Origin: Candidatus Woykebacteria bacterium
GTDB lineage: Bacteria; Patescibacteriota; Microgenomatia; Woykebacterales; RBG-16-39-9b
Direction: 5' to 3'
Length of the DNA: 64,000 bases
Assembly: GCA_040876345.1 (NCBI GenBank)
Contig: JBBDPM010000006.1
Location: forward strand, 392,547-456,546
In this document: one piece after another, positions 28,216 to 38,340 of the stretch
How the letters are laid out: every line of letters starts with the position of its first letter
How positions within the stretch are numbered: the stretch's first letter is position 1
The notes under the pieces: model-generated
Seen by the model: the letters and a program-made list of their open reading frames with translations, nothing else
Told to the model about the DNA's origin: nothing
Database searches by the model: none
Position numbers and translations under genes: made by a program

Positions 28216-28926
28216 TTAGCCAAAGTTTATAGTCCCGTTAGCAATCAGAATCAAGAGCCAACCAAGCGCGATTAGGAGTAGTCCAATAAATAGTCTCATG
28301 TAACCGCGAGACTCTTGCTTCCATTTCTTTAATGCTTGAAGTTTCACTCCACTTGCTACCAAAACAAGGATGAAAAGAAGTGGCGCTACAAAAATTATAT
28401 TGTAAAGAACTAGCATTAAGAAAGCTGCAAAATTAAAGTTAAGTGAAAGTATTGTAATGATTGCAAGATAAGGTGCGCCCGTACAAGGAAGCTCTACTCC
28501 AGCAACAAAGGCGCCCAGTAGAAGAACCCCCGGGATAGTAGTGTTACGGGCAAACCGATTGATTTTATCAACAAAAGCTAACGGTATGTGAAGCGATAAG
28601 CCCTGGCCGTACCAAAAAAAGTCTTTCACTTCTATAAGACCGGCAACGATGATGAAGGAGCCAACTATTATGGATAAATATTCGGTGACAAAAAGTGGAA
28701 CTGAAGCAAGAAAGTAAATAAGTCCAAGTCCGGCGGTAAGATAAGTGACAAATACTGCAAATACGTATAAGCTTCCAAGGAAAAGCATGCGGCGAACAGT
28801 ACCTCCCCCGGATAGAACCACTGAAACCATTAAAATCAGCACCCCGATAGCGCAGGGATTAATACTATCTATTGCCGCGCTTCCAACGACCACTCCTAAG
28901 GTGGGTAAATGTGCCTCAATTCCCAT
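28216..28926 (-). CDS. CcdA/DsbD-like thiol-disulfide transporter
   Basis: DSINPCA and ELPCTG motifs; about 6 TM segments. Confidence 0.8.
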   Translation of the reverse strand: MGIEAHLPTLGVVVGSAAIDSINPCAIGVLILMVSVVLSGGGTVRRMLFLGSLYVFAVFVTYLTAGLGLIYFLASVPLFVTEYLSIIVGSFIIVAGLIEVKDFFWYGQGLSLHIPLAFVDKINRFARNTTIPGVLLLGAFVAGVELPCTGAPYLAIITILSLNFNFAAFLMLVLYNIIFVAPLLFILVLVASGVKLQALKKWKQESRGYMRLFIGLLLIALGWLLILIANGTINFG

Positions 28927-29737
28927 ATAAATTCCCTTTCAAGACTTGGAGCTTGTATTGCTCACAGAGCTTTTCAGTTTTTTCTTTATCTTCTGAGCCA
29001 AATTCGACAATTATACAATCTCCTGGTGGAATTCTTCCGTGAGGAGAGAGAACGTATGAGCCTGGATCGTCAAGTTTTTTCTGAGTAAATATTTTGCCTT
29101 CTGTCTGATCCACAAATACTTGCAAACTTCCGGGGATGCCATCTGGACAAAGATCTCCATTTTGCCGCGATACAACGCCAGAGTTGGTGGGGACTTCAAG
29201 ACTCGTACTTGTTAATTGACCGCCGACAACCTGGAAAAACTTACCCAGACTGGCATCTTTCTGGTCTATAATAACTCCTTCCAGATGAATCCAACCATCA
29301 TTATGTTCGTGCAGGGCAGCTGTTCCGACTTTATTCGAAAAGCCCTTGGGGTCAATAATATCTAATTTTTTACCACAATCCCAAATCTCAAATTGAGCGT
29401 GCCAATGCACTGGTCCACCACTACTGCTTGCTAAGTTTAAACGCACCGTAGAGCCAGCTAAAAATACTGAGGCTAAAAGGGTTGGCACTACAATTCCTAC
29501 AAAAAGAATTTTTTTGAGGAGGCCGCTGGCATTTTTAAACAAAAAAGTCAGAACAACAAAAATAGTTATTAGTGCCGAGGCTACCAATACAACTTTTATT
29601 GAATTTGCCCGAGTTGCATCTTCCAGAGTTGAGGAGGCATCAGCTGAAGTTAAACCATAGGCAGCGGAGACTTTCGTAGGGAGGAAAAAAAATAGGCTAA
29701 GTAATACGGTTATTAATCTAGGCAGTTTTCTTAACAC
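28916..29737 (-). CDS. Membrane protein with a His-rich extracytoplasmic domain
   Basis: Signal plus 2 TM segments; HWHA and HEHNDG.IH motifs. Confidence 0.7.
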   Translation of the reverse strand: MLRKLPRLITVLLSLFFFLPTKVSAAYGLTSADASSTLEDATRANSIKVVLVASALITIFVVLTFLFKNASGLLKKILFVGIVVPTLLASVFLAGSTVRLNLASSSGGPVHWHAQFEIWDCGKKLDIIDPKGFSNKVGTAALHEHNDGWIHLEGVIIDQKDASLGKFFQVVGGQLTSTSLEVPTNSGVVSRQNGDLCPDGIPGSLQVFVDQTEGKIFTQKKLDDPGSYVLSPHGRIPPGDCIIVEFGSEDKEKTEKLCEQYKLQVLKGNLYGN

Positions 29738-29771
29738 CTTATTAAATTTATACCATAAAATATTTTATTAA

Positions 29772-29804
29772 GGTAGACCCCAAGCTTAAAGCTTGGGGTC
29801 TACC
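29772..29804. terminator. Perfect hairpin downstream of the YcnI-family gene
   Basis: ggtagaccccaagct-taa-agcttggggtctacc. Confidence 0.75.
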
Positions 29805-29831
29805 ATTTTAGCACTGATTAGTCTTAGGTTC

Positions 29832-30473
29832 TTATATTGATGTCTTGTTCTTTCTTAAACTTAAGACCAAGGCAGCTACTGCGACCACCAAAGCTGCGTA
29901 TGCAGACCAGGTGGTGAGCCGATCAGTACCGGGATTCTCGGTTTTGCTCTCCTGACCAGAAAGATCATCGACAACTTTAGTTGTCGAGTACGGCCCTAAA
30001 CCCTTCTTTTCCATTTCTTCTTGCTCTTCTTCACTCAAGTTTTCTTTGGGCTCCTGATCCCAAGACACCACCGTGCCGTCGGAATAAGTTTGGTAGGCTT
30101 TCCAGAGTAAATTGGCTTTTTCACCGGGAGCTTGGGCGCTGAAGAGAAACTCATCCCTTTGCCCCTCTGGTATTAACCCGCCTGTCCAATTTATCTCGAC
30201 CTCTTTAGCTTCTTCCCCCTTACCCTCTTTTTTTATCGCTATCTTCCATCCAGGCTTTACATTAGGAATCACGCTATCAAGACCCTCTGGTATAACAAGC
30301 CTCAGGGCTACAGTTGGTATTTCCATTTCATTGGGAACGCTAACCGTAAATACTTGACGAGCGGCGAGGCCAACCTCATCCGGTTTTACAACTACATGAG
30401 CGAACACACTTGTTGCGGCTAATCCAAGCATTATCGGTAAGAGAGCTAAACTAATGAATAACTTATTTCTCAT
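29832..30473 (-). CDS. YcnI/DUF1775 copper-binding membrane protein
   Basis: Signal VFA|HVVV, VPNE, PGW, W...Q.YSDG.VV.W, C-terminal TM. Confidence 0.88.
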   Translation of the reverse strand: MRNKLFISLALLPIMLGLAATSVFAHVVVKPDEVGLAARQVFTVSVPNEMEIPTVALRLVIPEGLDSVIPNVKPGWKIAIKKEGKGEEAKEVEINWTGGLIPEGQRDEFLFSAQAPGEKANLLWKAYQTYSDGTVVSWDQEPKENLSEEEQEEMEKKGLGPYSTTKVVDDLSGQESKTENPGTDRLTTWSAYAALVVAVAALVLSLRKNKTSI

Positions 30474-30523
30474 AAGAAAACTCCTTTCAATAAGAAATAC
30501 GCTTAAATAATAAAGACTGATGA

Positions 30524-31357
30524 TTAAGCCGCGTCGGGAGGGGATTTATTGTCGATTGATCTAAATTTTGATAGTGAAGGACTCTCATGTTCAATTTCTA
30601 ACAACAGCCCAGCCACATCGACAAAAGACTCCACACCAAGGGGCGTTATCGGTACAATCGGTTGCGCCATACAGCAGGGATGTTCTGACGAGTGTGATTG
30701 CTGGGTATCATGATTTTCATGATGACGGAACAATAAGAAACCTGATGGTAAAGCCTGATGTAGAACGAATGTGGCTATGATAATTAACAACCAAAATTTT
30801 GGGTTAGTTGATTTTTCACTTACTGACTCCTTAGATTTCCTCTTCAATCTAAAAATGAAAGAGAAGGTAGCTACGGCAGCTATAATTAACCCAATTGTCA
30901 TATAAAGTCCGCTAGAGTCTCCCTTAGAATCTGATGAATTTCCCAAACGCTCTCTAGATACCCTTAGATCGTAAGTGATATTAAAAGGCTGAAAAGCGTC
31001 TGGCTCCTTAGGAGTTCCTTTTAGGACTAGTGTGTAGACCGCTTTTTCTCGAAAGGTAAAGGAAAAACTTTCTGAGGTAAGACCAGTTTCTTGAATAAGC
31101 GGGGCGGAAAATATTTCTTTTCTGCTTCGTAAAATACTTACAGCACAACTGCAGTTTGAGGAATTGAATTTTCCGCTTTTATCTTTTATTTCAAAATAAA
31201 AGTCAGCCACTTCCCCCACATAGGGATCATCATCCGGATTTATATGAATAACCGCCCCGATTGAACCATCTGTTTTTAAGATGTGAGCCTCAACTGGGGA
31301 GGCCCCTAAGCTTAGTATCGATATGACCAGCAACGGGATAAGAAGAAGCTTTCTCAT
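30524..31357 (-). CDS. Secreted/membrane protein with N-terminal His and C-terminal His/CC...SPP module
   Basis: Start MRKLLL at 31357; VEA|HIL; 2 TM segments; HHENHD..HPCC...NKSPP. Confidence 0.65.
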   Translation of the reverse strand: MRKLLLIPLLVISILSLGASPVEAHILKTDGSIGAVIHINPDDDPYVGEVADFYFEIKDKSGKFNSSNCSCAVSILRSRKEIFSAPLIQETGLTSESFSFTFREKAVYTLVLKGTPKEPDAFQPFNITYDLRVSRERLGNSSDSKGDSSGLYMTIGLIIAAVATFSFIFRLKRKSKESVSEKSTNPKFWLLIIIATFVLHQALPSGFLLFRHHENHDTQQSHSSEHPCCMAQPIVPITPLGVESFVDVAGLLLEIEHESPSLSKFRSIDNKSPPDAA

Positions 31358-31364
31358 AGATAAT

Positions 31365-32921
31365 CTATTCAACTTTGACGGTAAAATAGGCAACAAATAG
31401 TTTGCCATTGTGATTAAACTGGGCAAACGCTCTGTAGACTCCAGCCTTAAAAGGCCCATAAATACCAATCGGTAAAAATTCGACAGTTGGTCCACCAGAG
31501 GCGTCCTTTACCGGCGGCGTCAAATTGTAAGGGTGGACGTGTAAATAATCGTAATTATCCTGTTTTATCATTACGAGATGCCCAAAGGCGTTTAAGTAGG
31601 GCTTTAAGTTGGTTACTGGCTCTTTGGTATTAGCATCTTTAATAGTAAAGCTGATTTTTTGTTTTCCCAAAGACATATCCGCTGCTTTTAACGGGGCGCC
31701 CGTAGATAACTCTACTTCATAATCACCAAAAATCTTAACTGGGTGGTGGTCGACAGGCTGGCTAGCTTTTACCTCTTTCTTTTCGCCAACTTGTAAGCTG
31801 AAAGCGATCTGCTGCTCAATTCCTCCGAAAGGCTGAAAGTTAGCGTAAAGACGGTAGGTTGAATCGTGGGGGAAGGAAGTAGTGATTACAAATTCGGCTC
31901 CTTTCTGCACTGGATGAATATGATCAAAGTAAGCTAACTCTCCATCCACAATAATTAAATGGAAAGTTTTTTCCCAGGGAGCTTTGAAAAGCGACACGGG
32001 AGAACCGCTGCTAGCATCAAAAACTTTAAACCTTAGGGTAGTTTTTTGTTTTGGTAAAATGCCCTCTTGATGATCAAAATTTACAGTATAACGCTTTGTT
32101 TTGTCTCCATCTAAACCTGGTGAATTGTTTGTGGTGGTGGAAGGGGCGGTTCCCTTTTGAGCCTCTTCGGCAAGCTTAATGTGTTGGGAGTGAATACCTA
32201 TCGACGTTGTGCCTTCATGTGGTGGCTTAAGATAAAAGCTTGCGTAAGTTATTAAACCTACTACCAACGCTAAGCTTAAACCTACTTTGGGCAGCCAAAG
32301 AAACTTCTCGGCTAAAAACCGGTCAAATCTTATTGCCTCCAAAATTAAAAGGACCGAAAGGGCCACGAAAAATATCTTTGGGATAGATGCCGACAAATCA
32401 ATAAAGTGGGTGCCAAGCATTAAGGCGTGAATTCCAATTAAGGTCGCCGCAATATATACCAATCGATGCAGCATCTTCCAACGTCTTCCAAGTTTCTGAA
32501 CCGCCCAATTAAATGAAGTAGCGGCCATAGAAGACAAGATCAGTAAAGCGATGAAACTGAGGCTGATTGCTTTTAAATAAGCGTTGCTAAGAAACCCAAG
32601 CCCTGAAAAGCCACCTAAAAGCCACCAAAAAGCTATTTGAGAGTGGAGCAGAGCAAAAAAGAAAGCCGAAACACCAATCCCCCTTCTGGCCACTAAATGA
32701 AGGGATTTAGTGGGTAGTCTGGGAAAAAGCTTGTATAAAGGGCTGGCTATTAGCGCCAAGTACAAATAAGTTACCGCTGTCAGAGCGTATATTTGGGCCA
32801 GTCTAATTTTTTGAAGATCGGCAGATTCTATATTCGTTTTTACGAATAAATAGATCAAGAGGGCTACCGCTGCACTAGTTATTAAAATTATTTTTCTTAT
32901 GTTCTTAATTAAAAAAATCAT
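31365..32921 (-). CDS. MsrQ-like ferric-reductase TM domain fused to His-rich metal-binding domains
   Basis: RR.IG..AF..A.LH, ATS, W..LHRLVY; HLIIV..HIHP and GHLV..YLHVHP. Confidence 0.75.
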   Translation of the reverse strand: MIFLIKNIRKIILITSAAVALLIYLFVKTNIESADLQKIRLAQIYALTAVTYLYLALIASPLYKLFPRLPTKSLHLVARRGIGVSAFFFALLHSQIAFWWLLGGFSGLGFLSNAYLKAISLSFIALLILSSMAATSFNWAVQKLGRRWKMLHRLVYIAATLIGIHALMLGTHFIDLSASIPKIFFVALSVLLILEAIRFDRFLAEKFLWLPKVGLSLALVVGLITYASFYLKPPHEGTTSIGIHSQHIKLAEEAQKGTAPSTTTNNSPGLDGDKTKRYTVNFDHQEGILPKQKTTLRFKVFDASSGSPVSLFKAPWEKTFHLIIVDGELAYFDHIHPVQKGAEFVITTSFPHDSTYRLYANFQPFGGIEQQIAFSLQVGEKKEVKASQPVDHHPVKIFGDYEVELSTGAPLKAADMSLGKQKISFTIKDANTKEPVTNLKPYLNAFGHLVMIKQDNYDYLHVHPYNLTPPVKDASGGPTVEFLPIGIYGPFKAGVYRAFAQFNHNGKLFVAYFTVKVE

Positions 32922-33802
32922 CTCTTTACCCGGCTTAAATAAATACTCAAACCAACAGAGCCCAGAACGAAGACTACTATTATATATAGTAAAGGTGACT
33001 TAGTTACATCTTTAGAACCAGCTGATTCTGTAACAACTGGAACTTTACCACCCACCGTACTAATATCAACAAATTTTAACGTTTCTCCTTCTCTGTCTAC
33101 CCTTACTCCAGTATGATCAATCAGTCCATTCTTATCCTTAACTTGAAGAAGAATAAAGCTTGTTGAAAACTCATCCGCGGTAAAGGAGCGCTGGGCGATT
33201 CTACCTTTTACATACTTATTCTCCCCCAAAAACCACTCCTCAGAATCTAGAGATGTGGAAGAATCGCTCCTAGACTGGCTCACAAATTTAATCTGCTTTC
33301 CCACCTTAAATTCTCCCTGCAGCAAGGCTATTTTTGCCTCCGGCATCTTATATTCTCTTGAGGCAACTACATCTATCTGCACACTATCCAAAAGGGTAAA
33401 CTCCGGAGAATCTGGAGATTTAGCCTCGATTGTGGTTAGGTAAGACCCAATTTTTTCATAAAGATGACTTTGATCAATACCATAGGAAAAGTCTTTTGTG
33501 TCGTCCCCCCACTTCCAGCGAAAGGTTGAGTTTTCGATTATCTCCTTAGGGGCCGAGAATTGTTTTGTGTCGATTAGAAACTGGATTGTCTCGTTAACTA
33601 AATACTTATCCGCTGCGTTGTCCCAGGAAATACCAGGTTTAAAAATAGAGTCCCCTAGATAATAAAGGTTAGTCTGGGCATACTTACCGTTTATTAAAAG
33701 GAAGGGTGGACCAGCGCCATGGGCCGACACAGGAACGGGTAAAAACATTGTCGTGATAATAGCTAATAAAATCAGAGAAACCAAAAAGCTCTTAAACATC
33801 AC
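32918..33802 (-). CDS. Secreted PKD-like domain protein with C-terminal anchor
   Basis: VSA|HG; W.WGD...H.Y...G.Y PKD pattern. Confidence 0.65.
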   Translation of the reverse strand: MMFKSFLVSLILLAIITTMFLPVPVSAHGAGPPFLLINGKYAQTNLYYLGDSIFKPGISWDNAADKYLVNETIQFLIDTKQFSAPKEIIENSTFRWKWGDDTKDFSYGIDQSHLYEKIGSYLTTIEAKSPDSPEFTLLDSVQIDVVASREYKMPEAKIALLQGEFKVGKQIKFVSQSRSDSSTSLDSEEWFLGENKYVKGRIAQRSFTADEFSTSFILLQVKDKNGLIDHTGVRVDREGETLKFVDISTVGGKVPVVTESAGSKDVTKSPLLYIIVVFVLGSVGLSIYLSRVKR

Positions 33803-33875
33803 AACCTATATTTTTACCACAAAAAGAACTTTTTCGCTAAGGGGTTTATATCGCTTCTTTGAGGATCAATATCTC

Positions 33876-36566
33876 CTAAGTTTTTGGTGCTGGAACACTG
33901 TTAGTAGCCTTGTCTAGGAAGCCGTCGAAAAATCTAAACACAACGTAGAGCGCAAGACCCACGACGACGATGTATCCCCAGTCGAACATGTCTATCGGGG
34001 AGAGTTCGAACCAGTTTGCAAAGAGGGGTACATAAACTATCAGTAGTTGGAGCAAAACAGCGGCCGCTATAGATATTGGTAGGAGCAGATTTGCTGTCCA
34101 AGGAATATTATAGTCGCTGCGAATGTTTACAAGTCTTATCAGTTCAAAAATAACTATTGAGATAAAAGCCACCGCCCGCGCCTCGCCAAGGCTTTCGGAA
34201 AGATTTATGTAAAAACCTAGTAAGACGGCTCCCGCCAGAATGAATCCAAAAAAAACAATCTCAAACCAAACTCTTTTGTTCATTATCTGTTCTTGGTATT
34301 TCCTTGGGGAATAGCGAAATATCCCTTTTTCAGCAGGATCAAGTCCTAGGGCTACTGCCGGAATACCATCGGTAACAATGTTTATCCACAAAAGCATCAC
34401 GGCTGTCAATATTACGTCTTGGAATAAAATTAGAGCCAGGAAGACCACGATAACTTCACCGACATTACAGGAAAGCAGGTAGTCTACAAATTTACGGATA
34501 TTGTCGAATATGCCTCTGCCTTCTTCAATGGCCGAAATTATCGTTCCGAATTTATCATCCAGAAGGACCATGTCAGAAGCTTCCTTAGCTACATCAGTAC
34601 CCGTGATACCCATCGCGATACCAATGTCAGCTTTCTTCAGAGCTGGAGCATCGTTTACACCGTCTCCAGTCATAGCTACAAGGTGCCCGTGCTTCTTCAA
34701 CCCTTCCACAATTTTGTATTTATGTTCCGGGTTTACCCTGGCGTAGATGTTTATCTTCTCGACTTTACTGCTAAACTCCTCATCGGAGAGCTTTTCAAGA
34801 TCAGCCCCAGAAATTGCCTCGCCTTTTATGCCAATCTCGGCAGCAACTGCTTTGGCGGTGTCCAGATGATCTCCAGTGATCATTACCACACTAATTCCGC
34901 TTTCGGTTGCTTGCTCTATCAATCCTCTAATATCTTCTCTTGGTGGATCCATCATTGCCTGCATTCCAACGAAGACTAGATCCTCCTCGACTTTTTCAGG
35001 ATCAGCCTTAGCTATCTTTTTGTAAGCAAATCCCAGCACCCTTAGAGCCTTGGCCGCCATTTTCCCGTTTTCCTGCAGAAACTTCTTTTTAGACTCCTCG
35101 GTCAAATCCGCTTCAGACCCATCTTTAATGAACTTTGAGCATTTGGAAAGTACGATTTCCGGAGCCCCTTTTGTGTAAACGAAAAGATCGCCATTTTCTT
35201 TTGAAACTACGCTCATCATCTTTCTCTCTGAGCTGAAAGGGACTTCGTTGACCCTCTCCCCAACTGATTTAAGACCGGCCTTGGAGGCCGAAACAATCAA
35301 AGCTGCCTCGGTTGGATCTCCTAGCACTTTCCCATCTTGCAGATGGGCATTGTTACAGGAAAGCCCACATTTGAGAATCATCTCAATTTCCTTAGGATTC
35401 GCTGGCGCACCGCCCTTTTCAAATTTACCTTCTATATCATAGCCTCGGCCGCTAACGCTGTAGCTCGCCCCGTCAAAATATATCTCTCTCACGGTCATCT
35501 CACCCTTGGTTAGAGTTCCGGTCTTATCTGCACAAATCACGTCCACGCTTCCGAGAGTCTCCACGCTGGTCAGTTTTCTCACCAAAGCATTTTTCTTCAA
35601 CATTCTCTGCGTGCCAAAGGCCAAGGATATGGTAACTACCGCTGGCAACCCTTCCGGAATTGCGGCTACTGCCAGAGCAACCGCGGCAATAAATGAATGG
35701 AGGACTCTCTGAAGCAGGCTAAGATGGGCAAAGTCTTTGGCAAAAAAGACAATAAATACAAAAACTACGGTGCTAACCGCTAGAGTCCCATACCCCAAAA
35801 TCTTCCCCAGTTTATCAAGCCTTTTTTGAATCGGAGTCTCTTCGTCTTCAGTTTCGGCAACTGAAGTGGCAATCTTACCAATCTCAGTCGAGTCTCCAGT
35901 AGCTACCACAATTCCTCTGCCCCGACCGCTGGTTATAGAAGTGCCCGAGAAAACCATATTTTTTTGATCGGCGATTTGTAAATCGCCTTCGAGGCTGTCG
36001 GCGATTTTATTAACGGGTGTGGACTCCCCAGTTAGAGAAGCTTCGTTTGTTTGAAGACTAGCTAACTCAATTATCCTTATATCGGCGGGAACTTTTTCAC
36101 CCTCTTCTAAAACAACCAAGTCTCCCGGAACAAGCTCGCTGGTGTCTATTTCCTTGGTTACCCCTTCCCTTATCACCTTTGCCTTAAAGGCTAATAGCTT
36201 TTTCAAAGCTTCAATCGCTTTTTCCGCTCTGTATTCTTGAAAAAAGCCTAAAACGGCTATCATAATAACGATGGCGAGAATTAGCCCCGCCTCAATTAAA
36301 TCCGATTGATCCCTACCGCCGAAAAAATAAACAAGTAGCGTCATAGCTGCGGAAGCCAGTAAGATAATCGTTAGAAGGTTTTTAAACTGGTCGACTAGAA
36401 TAACCAGCGGGGAGATTCTTTTCGCCTCAGTTAGTTTGTTGGGGCCGTATTTTTCAAGACGAGCTTTTACTTCTGCTAAGCTTAAACCCTTTTCACTCGA
36501 ATCCAGATTTTTTAATACTTCTTCTTTTGAAAGTAAATAGACGTGCTTTTCGGAGGTTTGCGACAT
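33876..36566 (-). CDS. P-type IIA cation (Ca2+) ATPase
   Basis: TGES, IPEGL, DKTGTLT, MTGDGVNDAPAL. Confidence 0.95.
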   Translation of the reverse strand: MSQTSEKHVYLLSKEEVLKNLDSSEKGLSLAEVKARLEKYGPNKLTEAKRISPLVILVDQFKNLLTIILLASAAMTLLVYFFGGRDQSDLIEAGLILAIVIMIAVLGFFQEYRAEKAIEALKKLLAFKAKVIREGVTKEIDTSELVPGDLVVLEEGEKVPADIRIIELASLQTNEASLTGESTPVNKIADSLEGDLQIADQKNMVFSGTSITSGRGRGIVVATGDSTEIGKIATSVAETEDEETPIQKRLDKLGKILGYGTLAVSTVVFVFIVFFAKDFAHLSLLQRVLHSFIAAVALAVAAIPEGLPAVVTISLAFGTQRMLKKNALVRKLTSVETLGSVDVICADKTGTLTKGEMTVREIYFDGASYSVSGRGYDIEGKFEKGGAPANPKEIEMILKCGLSCNNAHLQDGKVLGDPTEAALIVSASKAGLKSVGERVNEVPFSSERKMMSVVSKENGDLFVYTKGAPEIVLSKCSKFIKDGSEADLTEESKKKFLQENGKMAAKALRVLGFAYKKIAKADPEKVEEDLVFVGMQAMMDPPREDIRGLIEQATESGISVVMITGDHLDTAKAVAAEIGIKGEAISGADLEKLSDEEFSSKVEKINIYARVNPEHKYKIVEGLKKHGHLVAMTGDGVNDAPALKKADIGIAMGITGTDVAKEASDMVLLDDKFGTIISAIEEGRGIFDNIRKFVDYLLSCNVGEVIVVFLALILFQDVILTAVMLLWINIVTDGIPAVALGLDPAEKGIFRYSPRKYQEQIMNKRVWFEIVFFGFILAGAVLLGFYINLSESLGEARAVAFISIVIFELIRLVNIRSDYNIPWTANLLLPISIAAAVLLQLLIVYVPLFANWFELSPIDMFDWGYIVVVGLALYVVFRFFDGFLDKATNSVPAPKT

Positions 36567-36646
36567 TAATTTAAGCATAATCAAATTAATTTCACTATGC
36601 AATAAGAATTGACAACAACTCTCCTTCCAGGTAAAATTAATTTGTT

Positions 36647-36838
36647 ATGGGGCTTTTTGGCGGTGATGACAAAAAGGAAGAAGTAAAAACTTGTCCCAAC
36701 TGTGGTAAGGAATTAAAACCTGGTGAGGGTATCCGAAAAGAAAACGGCCATTTTTGTTGTGACAAATGCTGCGAGGTGGGACCAAGGATTGAGGAAAAGA
36801 AGAAACAAGGTAAACCTCTTACTTGCGAGTTTTGCTAA
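36647..36838 (+). CDS. Small Cys-rich metal-binding protein (TRASH/YHS-like)
   Basis: CPNC..FCCDKCC..CEFC; -10 box directly upstream. Confidence 0.65.
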   Translation: MGLFGGDDKKEEVKTCPNCGKELKPGEGIRKENGHFCCDKCCEVGPRIEEKKKQGKPLTCEFC

Positions 36839-37134
36839 TACCTCGTAAAAAACTTCCCGATAATTTCCTTGCTTGAAATGTATCCAAAGCTACGGCTGTC
36901 TTGACTGTCCTCTTGATTAAGACCAACTACGTAGTAGCTTTTATCTAAGATTTTTTTCACTTTTTTGAGGGCTATCTTTCCCTTATCGTGGCGGTCGCGA
37001 AAAGCAATAATATCGCCTATCGTAGGATCGGAAAAAATGTACGCCCAACGATTTATTATAATGCGCTGGCCAGAATAAAAATCTGGCTCCATACTGTGGC
37101 CGACTATTTTGAAGCGCTCTAAGGGAAACCGCAT
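36835..37134 (-). CDS. sodX: NiSOD maturation protease (S26)
   Basis: GHSMEP, K, S.DSR.FG; directly downstream of sodN. Confidence 0.85.
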   Translation of the reverse strand: MRFPLERFKIVGHSMEPDFYSGQRIIINRWAYIFSDPTIGDIIAFRDRHDKGKIALKKVKKILDKSYYVVGLNQEDSQDSRSFGYISSKEIIGKFFTRY

Positions 37135-37628
37135 TACCCTTTTGTGGGAAGAACTATCTCACCACCTGATGGATAGTTAGAAGGGGCTTTAGTAGGTTTA
37201 ACTCCCTTAGTCTCCCAGAAAATTTCGGTAAAGTCTTGCACTTTAGCTAATAATTGCTCCGAGGCTTCTGGGTTAATTTCTTGGCGAACCTTTGAAGAGA
37301 GTTTCATTATTTCGAAAACCAGAGAGTGTAATTTAGGATATCTCTCAAGGTGTTCTGGCTTGAAATAGTCGCCCCAAATAACCCTAACTTCTTTCTTTAC
37401 TAGTTCAGCGTGTTCTTCTTTGACAAGTGTGTAGCGAGCAAGTTTGTGCTCTCTATCTTTACTATCTTCATCTGGCAACTCGTTGATAAGAGCAGTCATT
37501 CGAATAACGGTGTGGGCGGCTACTTGAGCTAAGTGTGGGTCATAAATTCCACAAGGAATATCGCAATGGGCATAAATAGTTTTTGGTGTGGAAATCTTAT
37601 CGATCGCTCTTAGCAAAACCTTAATCAT
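37134..37628 (-). CDS. sodN: Nickel superoxide dismutase
   Basis: Ni-hook HCDIPCGIYDP after a propeptide; WGDYFKP. Confidence 0.96.
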   Translation of the reverse strand: MIKVLLRAIDKISTPKTIYAHCDIPCGIYDPHLAQVAAHTVIRMTALINELPDEDSKDREHKLARYTLVKEEHAELVKKEVRVIWGDYFKPEHLERYPKLHSLVFEIMKLSSKVRQEINPEASEQLLAKVQDFTEIFWETKGVKPTKAPSNYPSGGEIVLPTKG

Positions 37629-37734
37629 AAATTCCTCCCTACGGGAAATAATTTAGCAGACAAATAAGGTAAAGTAAACAACCAACTAGAGGTTGAACCT
37701 ACTTGAACTTAATGGTAAAATTGCAATCTGTTAT

Positions 37735-37809
37735 TCCCCGGTAGCTCAATGGTAGAGCGCGCGACTGTTAATCGCTAGGTTGTAGGTTCGAGTCCTACCC
37801 GGGGAGCCA
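37735..37809 (+). tRNA. tRNA-Asn(GTT)
   Basis: Cloverleaf, anticodon GTT, encoded CCA. Confidence 0.97.
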
Positions 37810-38100
37810 ATTTTGAGTTTTTGCGTGTGAGAGGATTACATCAAAGGGCTTTTGGAGTGTTATATCAAGACTTTTTCCGTTCCAATTAGAGTTCTGAAAT
37901 AGGTATTTTAGCAATTCTCTCTTTTCTTCCAAATCCGCTTTTTCGAATAGCTCGTAAGCTCGACTTGCCAGTTCTAACACTTTTGTAGCTTCAATGTAGT
38001 AGGTCTCGTCAGCCTTGCTGTGTCGTTCGCTTTGAGTAAGTATATCGTTCTGCTTATTCTTGTATTCTTTGAATTTCTTGTCATAGAAATCTTGAGTAAT
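37795..38100 (-). pseudogene. C-terminal remnant of a large serine recombinase ending in the tRNA 3' end
   Basis: Coiled coil, EKR.LL...F.N..W..K.L.....KPF...NWLPG overlapping the tRNA; no catalytic domain. Confidence 0.7.
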
Positions 38101-38340
38101 CCACCGCACAACGTAGAGGCGGGTTAAATTTTTTCTTGGTTTTGGAATCGAATCCCTGTGAGAGCCCATTAGTCGCAAAGCGATCATTAGAAGCGAAGCG
38201 ACGCGTAAATCTCTAGCTTTCTACCGGGAGAGCCAATCATTTTTAGCCTCAATTTCAATGTCAAAAATGCCTACTATTATTTTTGAAGTTTTCCTATAAA
38301 ATCTTTGTTAAGTAAAAAATTTGTAGAGGAGGTGATTTTC

